Position numbers and translations under genes: made by a program | Notes under the pieces: generated by a model | The model's database searches: none | Seen by the model: only the letters and a program-made list of their open reading frames with translations | What the model was told of the DNA's origin: nothing | Assembly: GCA_000934665.2 (NCBI GenBank) | Contig: KZ537957.1 | Coordinates: 62,001-126,000 of the forward strand | Direction of reading: 5' to 3' | Source: Catajapyx aquilonaris | Taxonomy: Eukaryota | DNA length: 64,000 nucleotides | Shown: piece after piece, positions 27,301-39,300 of the stretch | How positions within the stretch are numbered: position 1 is the first letter of the stretch | Layout: every line of letters begins with the position of its first letter

Positions 27301-30300
27301 CCTCTTTTTGTTTGTTTGTTTGCTTGCTTCTCCAATATTATGGCTTATCCATCAACCTTCAAATTTGTTCAGCTCACTGACAACTTTAGTCTGAAAGCAA
27401 GCCTAAGTTTCAAGGGCTTCTTTTCATTTCTCCAACTGTATACCCAGAAGAAGCTTTTTCTATATAGGCACGAAAACAAGCCATAAAAGCCTGCTATACA
27501 TTCTTCCCAAAATCACATTAGTCCTTTGCTTCTCTCTGACCATAAAAGCGCACACAGGATGTGCAGTGCTCCTTTGATGAAGTGTACTGGTCAAAACAGC
27601 GATGATACATAGTACCAGGAAAAAGGGGTGTCATAAACTATTTTCCACTCCATCGTAGATCATATCCGGCCATTTCAGAGCACTTTCGCAGCCACCCTAT
27701 CTAGTGACCATGTTTCATTTCTACCTAACATTTGTGCGGTACCCAGTCACCCGGAAAATCTGTCGCATTGTACTGGAGTAATGGCAATGATCTGCTGTTC
27801 ATAGTTCAAGTGTTTGCCACATTATTTTGCCTTCTGGTAACCATTGATACCAGTCCGTATACTATAGGAAAGTAATTTAATGTCCTTTATACAGTCAGGA
27901 TTATTACCAGAAAGTCTAATTCTAAGCACAATGGTACATTGTACTAGAAAATATACAAGCTTTCTGTGATGTAAAAGTCATGACTGTAACAGCAGTACAT
28001 TACAGGATGTCCGCATTAGTCCATCAAATAATGACTAAGACATTTTCAGAATTTGTCGAATCTCACCTGCGCATCCAGAGAATCCAGCGTATCGTTTTCG
28101 TCAAACGTAAGCGTGTAAAGGTCCAGGATGAACCTCGAGTCCTTCTTATAGTGTCGTTTCTTGGACTCCACACGAGACAACGATAGTGCGGGTTCTGCAA
28201 CATCAGTCCCATTTTGAGCACTCGAGGGTTCTTGGAAAGGCTGACCCATCATGGGAATCACTTTGAACAGCAGTCCATGTCACACTTCCTCACGAGATTA
28301 CGGGCACCCAACACTCCACCAGGGAGGATCTCACAACACGAAGGACAATTTCCAAGGTTCTGCTTCTTACTCCTGTTTATCCGAGTGGTGCATCTTGTGT
28401 GAAAATCCTGCGGCCGGGTTGTAAAATGCATGTGAGCTCGAAAGGAAACCAAGCGTCTCATCGTCCTTGTGACGCTACTTTCGCTTCATTATCTTGAAGA
28501 GTACTGCTACCTCGCTAAATTGCACATCATAATACACCCTCGAACATTTTGGAATCGCAACGGGAAATGTACAGTAAAAGTGACTTTCACGGGGAGGTAA
28601 AAGTAGGGTGTTACACTCGTGTGAGTTTGGCGAGTGGCGCTACTGTCAGTGCGACAGTGTCGCCGCTGTTCATATTTTCACGAAGCTTATAGTCTCGAAC
28701 TGGTCGCGACGCGTCTACGGTCTTTTCACTATCAGCCACAGCACTTAACGAACCCAATGCACCGCTGATTACGATTATACACACACCCAAGTCTCGAGAG
28801 ACCGCACTTGCTTTCCTGCACGCCTCCGAGCAAAACGACGACTAAACCTGCGGTTTCCGCTTGGTAGAGCCAAGTGAACAGAACAGTCTGTGTCCACGTT
28901 GCCAAATCCATTCCATCCGGACACTGGTCTAATGGCGTACTTTGCAACGACCGTTTGATCCCTCCGCCTATGAGTGCCTCTGCTGTAATGTGGAGTAGCA
29001 CAGGTGCCGTGTCAATATTTGTCGGATTTTAAGCAGAAAAAAGTAGCCTATGCAGGTCAGCATTACCGTGGGGATGTAATATGCACCCGGCTTTCCCACG
29101 AAGCTGTCATCCGAAACAACGGAAGGTCCTCCAGTTCCTGTAATTACCCTTGATGTGAAAACGGGACGCGATTAGATTGGAACAGTGTATCTCTTCTGTG
29201 TGTAGGGGTCGATTTTTTTGTAGGAATTTATAACCAAGTGGCTGGCAAGTACGACTGTCGGTTTTAAGAGCACTTAGGCTTAATTGCTAGGAGGTTATTC
29301 GCTTTCACGGTCATCGTCATTACGCAGTACAGTGGGCCTACTGAAAATGTACAGTCAGTGGGGGTCATATTAATTAAAGTGAATCGGTCTACCCGACTGG
29401 TCACACTGTGAAATATTAGCTAATAAATAGCAGTACATTATAATAATTCGCATCAAGAAATGCTTTTACAATGTGGCAGCCTTGCATAATTTAGTGCGAC
29501 AGTGTCATTACCCTGTAGCAGCAATTAAAATTGACAAATACCAGTACAGCTAAGCGTTTCCTACGTACACTGACGCTGGGCATTATGGCAGCGAGTAGTT
29601 TGTCGAATTAATACGGTATATACCGGTGCTCTGTAATCCGCTAACCATAATGAGGCTTCCGGAAACCAAACGAATGTTATTCCCGACGAATGATTGTCGC
29701 GTGCTTTTTGCCAAATCATGCAACGAGCATTTTCTGATTCATTATTTTCGGGCAATTTAACGAGTCCATAATTTTAATGCCGGTAATTGCAGTAAATATT
29801 GATGAAGCAAGCGGACTGTTGATTGGCGATATATTAGTCAATTATTTACGAACGGACATGTTGAAGATCCATTGACGTCATTTTCTATCTAGGGAACCTG
29901 TTGAATGACCAGGTTTTGTGTTAGTGCATTCTGGCGGATTAAAGGGGCTTAACAATTTCCCTTCTGGGATGGTTGGCGGAAGTCTTTTCTGGACACCCCT
30001 CGTACAGTTTTGGCAGGATTTCCAGAAAGCACTCGTGCCTATCCGCCAGACAATACGGGTGCTAACCATTGACGTCATCCGCCGTTGAAGGGGAACAACC
30101 TGACCAAGCGAAGGTCGTTATTATGCCTCTGACAGTGGTCCCCGCCTTTTATAGCTGTCGTGTCACAGACTAAAACCCTCACCAGTAATAAGATTACAAG
30201 TTTCTCTGCCCGGATGGAACACGATTATAAGCCCCCACACGAACCTGCAACGTCTTTATTAATGGCGAACATGTGGAAACAAAATTTTAGGAGGTGGAGG

Positions 30301-33300
30301 TCAATTTTGGAGTGGAGAAATTAATTCGCTGTGGTGATTTTTGCATGTAATTGAAGATTAGCAGCATATTTGCAAAATGCAGTTCAGCTCTTTAAGTTAT
30401 TTTGAGTGGGTTTTCACGCTTTCTGCATTTGAAACAGGCAATGACTTTCAATAAAATTTCGCTGCCAATTGCTGCAATCAATCAATTTATGGCTGGTTGC
30501 ATGATCGATAGTAAATCCTGACACGGATCAACTTGATTTGCCATCAATCATGCAATGGGAACTATAAACAATTTTTGCGTCGATTAGGGTACAAGTTTTT
30601 CTCGAATATGTACAAAAAATGAGTGAATGTCAAATGAAGAAAATGTACTATTTCCAGCAATATTTTGTAGGTAGTGGCAATTAGCTGAATTCCATCACAA
30701 ATGTTTTCAGTAGCAGGGTAGAGGCAAAGCTTGTTTCTCTAAATTCGAATATAAAATGCACTCGGGACATGGCTCCATATGGTTCCTATGATTTAGGTGC
30801 AGCAACCACATCCCCGCCTCTTAGCCCCACCCTGTTGTACCACCCCAAAAAAATCAAGTCCGAAAAAAAACTCCCATTGTGCAGGCCCGGATTATCCCAC
30901 CAGCACATTAGGGTAATGTCGCACACCCATATCCACGTAGCCCATGAAAATAGAAAAGTCCGAACACCTAATATTGAAAGCAAACACTGATTTATCACCC
31001 CGATCTGTAAAACTGAACTTATCTATACCCACCCTGGTGCACCTAAATCCACAGAATGATCCATCTGGGCAATAGCCAATGTTTGAGTTTGAGAGGGACG
31101 GAGCATGAGCGAAAAATATTGCAGGCAAGGGGCCATAAGGCACGTAAGTTAGGGAAAGTGCCAGCTGAGACGTGGGGGGGGGGGGNTCGTCTACAAGTCC
31201 TTGAGCAAAGTAACATCGATCGAAGAAGGAATTCTTAAGAGGCCATCGTGCATTCCAGAGGGCTCCTTTCCTTGGCCATTGGCACCACCGCAATCAGTTT
31301 CTTCGCTACTCATCAACCCCTATTTTTTTTCTTGGAGGTTCTTAACGAGGACTTCTCTTCCGGACCCTGGGCTTCCGATATATAGCTCTTATCCACACAA
31401 AAGCAACGGAACTTCTGGTGGGTAGGTTGGGAGATAGGGGTACCCACATTGGAGTCAGCAGGATTCGGTACCAGTACTGGTTTCATTCTAGGCAGACACC
31501 GGTTTTTTCCGGGTATCGATCTGATCTCAAGGGGATGAATGCAGTTGTAGTATGCGGCGTACTACGTTACTGAAGGAGACAAGGCGAAAAATTGGAGTAA
31601 TTTAGCACAAAATATTGAAATCGGACACTAATTTACCGGAATTACATCGCTCCATATCCTGAACGAAATGATGAGCTGGAGCTGTTCAGACAATTATAAA
31701 TGGATTGAAATGCGAACCCTATGGAGACATGGGGGGTATGGGAACGAGAGGAAGGATGGTTGTCGCATGAAATAACACGCCGCTGAAATCCAATATTACT
31801 CCATTACGTGTGACAGACCGTTTGTTTCGTCGTAAATGTGAATAGCGTTATGGGCTTTTGCATTCCCTGCAATATTGGGGGGGGGGGGGGNACTGCGGGT
31901 GTACTGCGCAAATAAAGGACCCTTATGCGAATTTTTTTCGGGGGCTAACTGGTAATAAGCGATATTGTGTAGTGCTTATTTGCCTTGATGAATCAAAGCA
32001 ATGAATGGGGGGATCCAATTAAGCATTGCAATCGTCTATTGTTCGGATTCGTTTCAGGGATATGGCCAGGTCGCTAAATTAACGTGGGATGGTTTTCCAG
32101 TATCAATAATACGACCGCAGTGATGTCCCTGCACAATTACCAGCATCAGTAGATTTGCTTCGCTGGAGCAGAGTATTTGATTAACCAGTGAAGCGACATT
32201 AGCGGGAGGATTTGAAAGTATATTACCACAGCTGAATGTGACTCGGGGCTAAAAACCAGTCACTCGTTATCAATTCAAGACTCTTGCTATCTACTTGATG
32301 CGAGTTTACTAATATGCTGATAGGTCATTAATGTGTGAAGCATGCAATATTTCATACGAAATGAAGCTTCTCATTCCCTTCGATTATCACTTTACTACCA
32401 TTCGAGCCTACTTAATTGAGCTGAAGTGCCAGGACTTCAATAAGTATTTGCCATTTATAGAATCAGAGTTATACATAGCATTAATAGAGAGCAAGTCCCG
32501 CAGCATATACACCCCCTACAAAAATGGATCAGACTGCTGGGTACGCTTCTGCTTTAGCATCGCCTAAGGGACGCCTAAGGCATCTTTATGACTGAAAGTG
32601 CAATGAAATTTTGTACTCCACGTCTGCACTCTTCCGATACCGTATGGAGAAATCCTTGAGGGTTTGCAACATTTTATTACCATATTCCGCGTATATGTAT
32701 ATGACAGTTACAATGTATAGCGTTGAGGAATGTTATGCAGAGTTTAATTTTGTTCCGGGAAAATTATGGTAATGTCAATCAGCTTTCTTCATCTACTCGT
32801 ATATTTGACAACTATACTGTATAGGAAAATCCGGCCGATCCTCCAGGGTTTCGCGCAACCGATTTGCCACAGTCGATGACGTTTGGCTTTGACAATTCAG
32901 TATATTTCATTTTACTGTAACATGTTGTACTAAAAAAAACTTTACAGTAGCTGATGCTGGACAAGCATTGGCGGGCCAATTATTACTAGGCTATCTCGGC
33001 TGCATTTTATGTGTGGAGAACTGTGACCCATAGTCTGCCTTTTTATCTCCTTGTCATTTTCACTGAATAGGCGTGTCGCAGATAACGCACGTGCTGTAAA
33101 CAACCACACGGGCTGTGAAATATTTGGCACAGTTTTGTTGACCGTCACATTATTTTTACAGGATTACGAGTTTTTAAAGGCTCATTGGACATTTACTGCA
33201 CTAACTCACAGAGTTACTCCATGTTGACCCACCCTGTCTCGACACTGCGGATTTGTGTTCGCGGTTTCCATTACTTGGAAGTCTTAAATCTTTCCCCCAC

Positions 33301-36300
33301 CGTATTGACTATCTGAGACCTCTCACCTGCATGATCGCCTCGATCGTCTTGTTGCCTTTGTACGAAAATTCCGCCATGTTCCAACGTTGCACTTGCGCTC
33401 ACTCACGACACTCCGTCCGTCTCGCATAGTTATGCCAACTGACACCTGATCACATCTGACCACAGAACATGTGTAGATAACATATGGACTTGGAACTAAG
33501 GTCATTGCGCATCCTCCATTTTTTTGCTATCCCTATACACTGAGATAAGGGTTCGTCAACAGAGGTGACCTTCCAATGGGTTAATATGGAGGCGCGGCTC
33601 TGGATTATGCCCCAACTCATCATACCGTACGTAAAGTAAATCTGGTCCGTAACAAGTGTTCCCGAATCTTTCTTGCCCCGTTTGTGTACATAGTCGAAGC
33701 TTATGCCCTGGGATGTGCATCAGGCACGTACTAGGGCTGACGTGATGTTTGCACAGTATCCGGGAGGACAGCAAAAAGTGGTCGCAGGGTCTGGCTACGC
33801 ATTTCCAGCCGCAGCTGGTAGCCATTTTTATTGTTCAAAAAAATTTTTACGTTGGTCTAGGAAGTCTAGGTCGTAAAAAAAAGGATCGTTAACTCACCCG
33901 TCGTTCTAGTTCTCGAGATGCCCTGAGATGTGCTTCTATTGCTTCCAGGTCGATCTTGGGGAGGGCTGTTTCAATGTTGTAGACGTCGAAACTTCCTGTA
34001 ACGAGCATATCGGAATGTGGAGGACTCGATTCTACAAATGTTTCGGTTCAGGCAACAAACCCAATACCCGCATTTAAAGGGGAAGATATGAAGAAGATTG
34101 GACAAATTGGACCAAGATAAGGATTTTTTTGAATGGGGGAACAAGGGTCAATTTTCCAGAATGATTGTGATTCTGTTCCTAGGAAAAATCTGGGGCATGG
34201 TGTAATGTACTGTAATTAAAAATAAAGCTGTTATTTTTAGTTTGACATTTTGCTTCACAGAGTGCAAGGTTTTCACATACAAGTAGAAAAATTAACACCA
34301 ACTTTCATAATTTTAGATTGTCTCTGTTGGCAACACTGAATAAAAATCTCAGTCCATATTTCACATTAGGATTAAGCGTCCTTCTGAAAAACTCATTAAT
34401 TCCGTCATGCTCAATATGTGAGCATTGGGTGAGTCATAATTGTTCGAGGAACTCGCCGGAAGTAACGCAGTTAGAACATGACTAATACATTTTGCCATGT
34501 TTTACAGAACGCTTGAAAATTTCCCGAGAGCTTTTCGAGTTTTGATAATTAGAAAGTAGTTTATATTACTGGCTAACTCATGCTTTTTGTTGCCTTCTGT
34601 ACAGGCCTAACTTTTGCTTCAATTACAGTGCTCGGGCTTCTTTTGCCTGAATGAAAATTTTACCATGAATTGTTTCGGAGAAGGTAACATTCCCGTTCTG
34701 GCCATTTGGAAATTGCTGTGGAAATATTTACTTAAAACCTGAAACTCAGTTTTCGATTTTTATTCTGGACTTCACCCTTCATTTAGCCTTTCGCGATTGT
34801 TTCGGTTTGCCCTCTGCACTCTGTAAGCGAGGGCTTTAATGGACTTTTTTTTGCAGGCGAAGTTTTACTCTGCCAGTATACCCAACGGGTTTCGCTCGAA
34901 TGCTCCCTTTTAATAAGGCAAAAAAACCCAAGAGTTTATAACTTGTGGCGCTTATACTGGAAAAAAAGTGCTGGTAATGAATAAGTATTGCCCTGCATAT
35001 AAACACCCTTAAAGGAGATATTCACAGATAACAGTGTAAGGAACATTACAGTCATGAAGTCGGTATGCTAGTGTCCAATGTAAATTGCAATAGAAAGATT
35101 TTTTTTTTTGAAAACTTTGCAAAACCCTTTAATGTCTGATGCTGTCATATTCCTGCGCGCATCACTATTATTGTTGCTGCTGTGATGTACCACATGCATT
35201 GCAGTCAGTATACAGTCGCATACATTATTAATTCTGGGTAAACACAGGGGCACTATAAAATAAGAGTAATATTTGATGTAAACATTAATCGACTCGGGAA
35301 AGTGTACCGGTGTGCCAGTGCAGTACAATAAAGGCCCATGTTGTTTCATCGGACCGCAACATAAACAGTGTAATTGAATTCATTGTTCTAGTGCAATAGT
35401 GTAATATTCTCTTTGCTTTTTATGGATATCACAATGGTCTGACACACATTGTAAAGTGGGTTAGTGTTGTGAGCCAGAGTCATCATAAACAAGCTCGCTA
35501 GCAGTTGTGGTTGCCTAATATTCAGGCTAATGTTTAAAGAAATTGTCTCTGGCAGTCGAATTGCTATTAAAATTGTGCAACATCTTTAAGTACAGGGTGC
35601 CACATTTCTCGATATTTTTAACATCGTTGCTTTTGCCACACTCACTTTTGGGATTTTGCCTTCAGTACATTTGAATTTCTTTGGGATAGGGTAATTGCAT
35701 GACGATGGAAGATAATTTTTATCATGCTTAAATGAGTCCACTTACCTAGTAGTTCAGAATCAAATGATTTCTTCTTTTCTTTGGCTGCTGGCACGGACTT
35801 TCTGTTGGCCAGATGGTCCCTGGGCTTGGTGGCAGGGCTGTATTCCCTGCGACGCAGAGCAGGGCTGGCCAACATGGGAGGGACGTTCTTGGAACAGGCT
35901 GCCCCTTCCCAGTGGTAAGAGGAAGAACTGCCCTTGTCCTTTGACCTGGTCGAACCGATGGCGGCCGGCCTCTCTGGACGGTGCAGACATCTGGCGTTGG
36001 CAGGGGCGGCGGACAAGCGCTGCATGTTGACAGGGACGTCCTTGGAGAACTGCCGCTGCTTGACACTGTTGTTGATCTCCATCTTCTCCTTCTTCAGCTG
36101 GGCCACCTCCTCCTTGGTCTCCACCTCCTCCTTGGTCTCCTTCTCCTCCTGCTCCTTACTGAACTTTTCCTCCGCACTGTCATCCATCCCTTCCTCACTC
36201 ACTTGGGTCTCCTCGTCGAGATTCACGTCCTCCGGAGCATTGTCCGCGTCACCGTCTGCCTCACTTTTGCACCGAACGTTGGAGTCGGGGATCAGGTTCT

Positions 36301-39300
36301 TGACGAACATGTCCCCGACCTCGATGTCCTCCACTAAGAGTTTGTCGCACGGGGCCAGGTCGTCCTGCACGCCGGACAGGATGGCGTCCGTCAGCTTCAT
36401 CTTGGTGTCGGCCATGGTGTCCGCTAGAACCACCAGGGGGACGACGACGGCAGAGGGAGCCTCCAGGGTCACCGCCGCCACTTTGTCCTCCTGCTCCTCG
36501 TCTGCTGCCACTTCCTCGAACCCCACATTCAAGTCTTTGATCTCCGTAGTGTCCACGTCCTTCTCAGGGGAGATGCACAGCTTGGGCTTGTCGTAGAAGG
36601 GCTTCTCGAGGTCGCCAGTGGTCCGGTCCCGCACGTTGTTGTTGTCCTCGTTGTTGTTATTGTTGTTGTTGACGCTGTTGTTGTTGTCGGATGCCGGCCA
36701 GGTGGTCTCTGGTGGCACCACCGCGGGGTAGTCGCGTCGCAGGTGCAGGTAGCCCGGTTTGGTCGGGGCAGGCCCGGTGCTGGGTGGCACCGGGGGTGGT
36801 GGCACAGTAGTAGCCGCAGCCACCACCGGGGCCGTTTCCGCCGCTGCCGCCGCAGACGCTGCAGCCGCCGCCGCCACTGCGGCTACCGTGAAGGTGCGGA
36901 TCTTCCGGCAGTTGAGGTTGTGATCATCACTGTCCGACCACGAGTCAGAGTCGCTGCCCGGGTCGTCCGGACTGGAGTTGTATGCCGGGTGGTCGCCGTC
37001 GTGGGAACTGACGCTTGGGGTGCTGGCCGTGCTGTATCCGCGCTTCGTCTTGGAGCAGCACGGGTCCCCGATCTTGGGATGTTCTGCGGAACAGAGAGAG
37101 CAGGAAATGCGGTTTTTTGGCGGCAACGTTTTTTGAGGAGGGGATGAGACTCGGGGAGGGCCTGATTTGTGAGCTATGGCGCCGACCGAGTTTTGGCTTC
37201 AGGCCCAAACGTGAGCTGTAAAGCGAGCTCTCTTTCTGTCTCTTCGCCTCTAGTTACTTTTCATTACATGAGCTCGCCTTAGCGGATTTTTGTAAAAGCC
37301 GACCAGGTTTTCTTTACTGTATATGAACGTGCGGTTCCATATGAGGCATATACACTTGCTTCTTTTCAGGCCGGCCATTGCGGGCTATTGTGTACGTAGT
37401 TTTTGGGCTTCGGGTCCAACTGATGGTGGAGGTGGAAGTGCACTGCGAGTAATGTGGAGCTCCGTGGGTGCATTCAGATGTATGCATGAGCAAACGCATT
37501 TAAAAATTTAAAGAATTCATTGACGTAATGTACTCCAGGTTTTAGGCCCGCCGTTTTGCTTTTGAGGGTTTTAGAGCGCTATATACGGAATGTGAGCTTT
37601 AGAGAGCTTCGAAAGTTGCGTGCTTTACGGTACCGGTATGAAATGTGTTTTGTGTGGTTCTCAATCTTTAAAGCTGGCCACTACAGAGTTGTACGTTGGG
37701 TATCGCACATGATTATTTGGATTAGGACAGACATTAGGCATGCGTGATCATTGGTTAATTTTACTGCTAATCTTGTTATAGGAATAGCTGGTATTGAAAA
37801 TATTGGAATTTTTGTCACGCCATCTGCATTTCCAAGTAACAGTCGATTTTCCGATATTCCCTCCCCATGTGCTGCAGTTTGTATAGGACAGATGCAGCCC
37901 TAAATATTATGCCTCAATTTTGATTATGCATTTTTGACACCTTGTGCACCCAACTTTGCATCCAGATTCAACTCCATTCAAATGGAAAATCAATAGGCTT
38001 CAAGTTGCGCAAATGAGGCTTGTCCAGGTCATTGCACAGAATACGCCATCGCAGTGACCGCGACGAATCGCAATACCCATTTGCTAATTCCCTATAGTTG
38101 TGCGAAAACATTATTGGATTAGCATGCACGGCACGTAGTAGCACTTTGAATGAACTGATACGAGTCTCGCGTACCGTGTTGTTGTCACAAACCTAACTTA
38201 TAGGGCTTATATCTTTTATCACATTGACAGTTTATTTGTTTAAAATTATTATGATGCATTAATTTGCGAAATGTTGATTTGAAATGACATTCTACGTGAT
38301 ATGCTACGTGATAATTTTAAATCAATATCAGATATACAAATAGCGCATTAAAGTATGTTACAAAATGCATACACAAAAGGGATTTTCACCCCCAAAATAT
38401 GGTTTTTGAACTTACAAAGCACCTTTATCTGATGTTTGTTACTACCGAAATACCTCAGCGTGGCAGCTGCAGATTGAACACATGTGGCCTCATCCTGCCT
38501 AAAATTCCCACAAAGTGCAGCTTATTTTTGGTTTCCTGAACCCCTAACTATAAAACAATTTAGAAAGCTCTTCATTATGTAAAAGTATGAACAAATGCAA
38601 TTTAAATGTTGAAGGCATTACCTAGTACTTCACTGCTGAGATTGTAACATTGAATTCTTCAAGCTTCGTCTGCACTTCTCTACACTGAATTATTGACTGA
38701 GTACTGTATTTGGGACACAGGCTCGTTAGACTGTAGCGAAATCCCCCCTGGAGCAGCGCAGTTACTCTTAGCCATTAAATGCTCCATAAGAAACAATATG
38801 GCCAAGCTTTTATTATACGCTTACTTTATTGCACAAGGACTTCCATTTTTGCCGCTGCTTTTTGCAGGACTATAAAGAAGTGCCTCGAATGCAAGCTGAG
38901 TGATTTGTCATTTGTGAGAAAATAACAATGTAAAATAATGTGACTTTAGTATGTACCGAAATTTGTCATATTATTTATCTTGTCAAACGAAAAGGCAAAG
39001 CGTCCCAAATTTTACGCAGTTCTATGCTTAAGGTGTGACGTCACTTCCAGCATAAGTCTTACTGACCAGCTACATTATTATGAACCATTTCCTGGTGCAA
39101 GGTCCGCGCGAGCCACAGTATTTGGAAGGAGTTTATGTAGAAGGCAGCAGCCGAGCAAAGGGCCACATTAAAGCAGTAAGAGAGTCACGTAGAGCAGATA
39201 TGGGCAGGGCTTCTGCGAGTCTCCGTCACGTATAGAGCTCGACTTTCTGGCGGCCATCAATAGGACGTCAGTAGCGTCTGGATGACCGCTGTCTGGCTGC

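Noticed and set aside
35934..36596. 220-aa plus-strand ORF
   Set aside because: Ser-rich antisense shadow of the GC-rich SCHIP1 exon; the same applies to 22797..23084(+) and 24169..24399(+).
35642..37126. 494-aa ORF as a stand-alone gene
   Set aside because: It starts at TTG. Strong internal splice sites at 37083 and 35746 link it in phase to SCHIP1 exons, and its ends are intronic.
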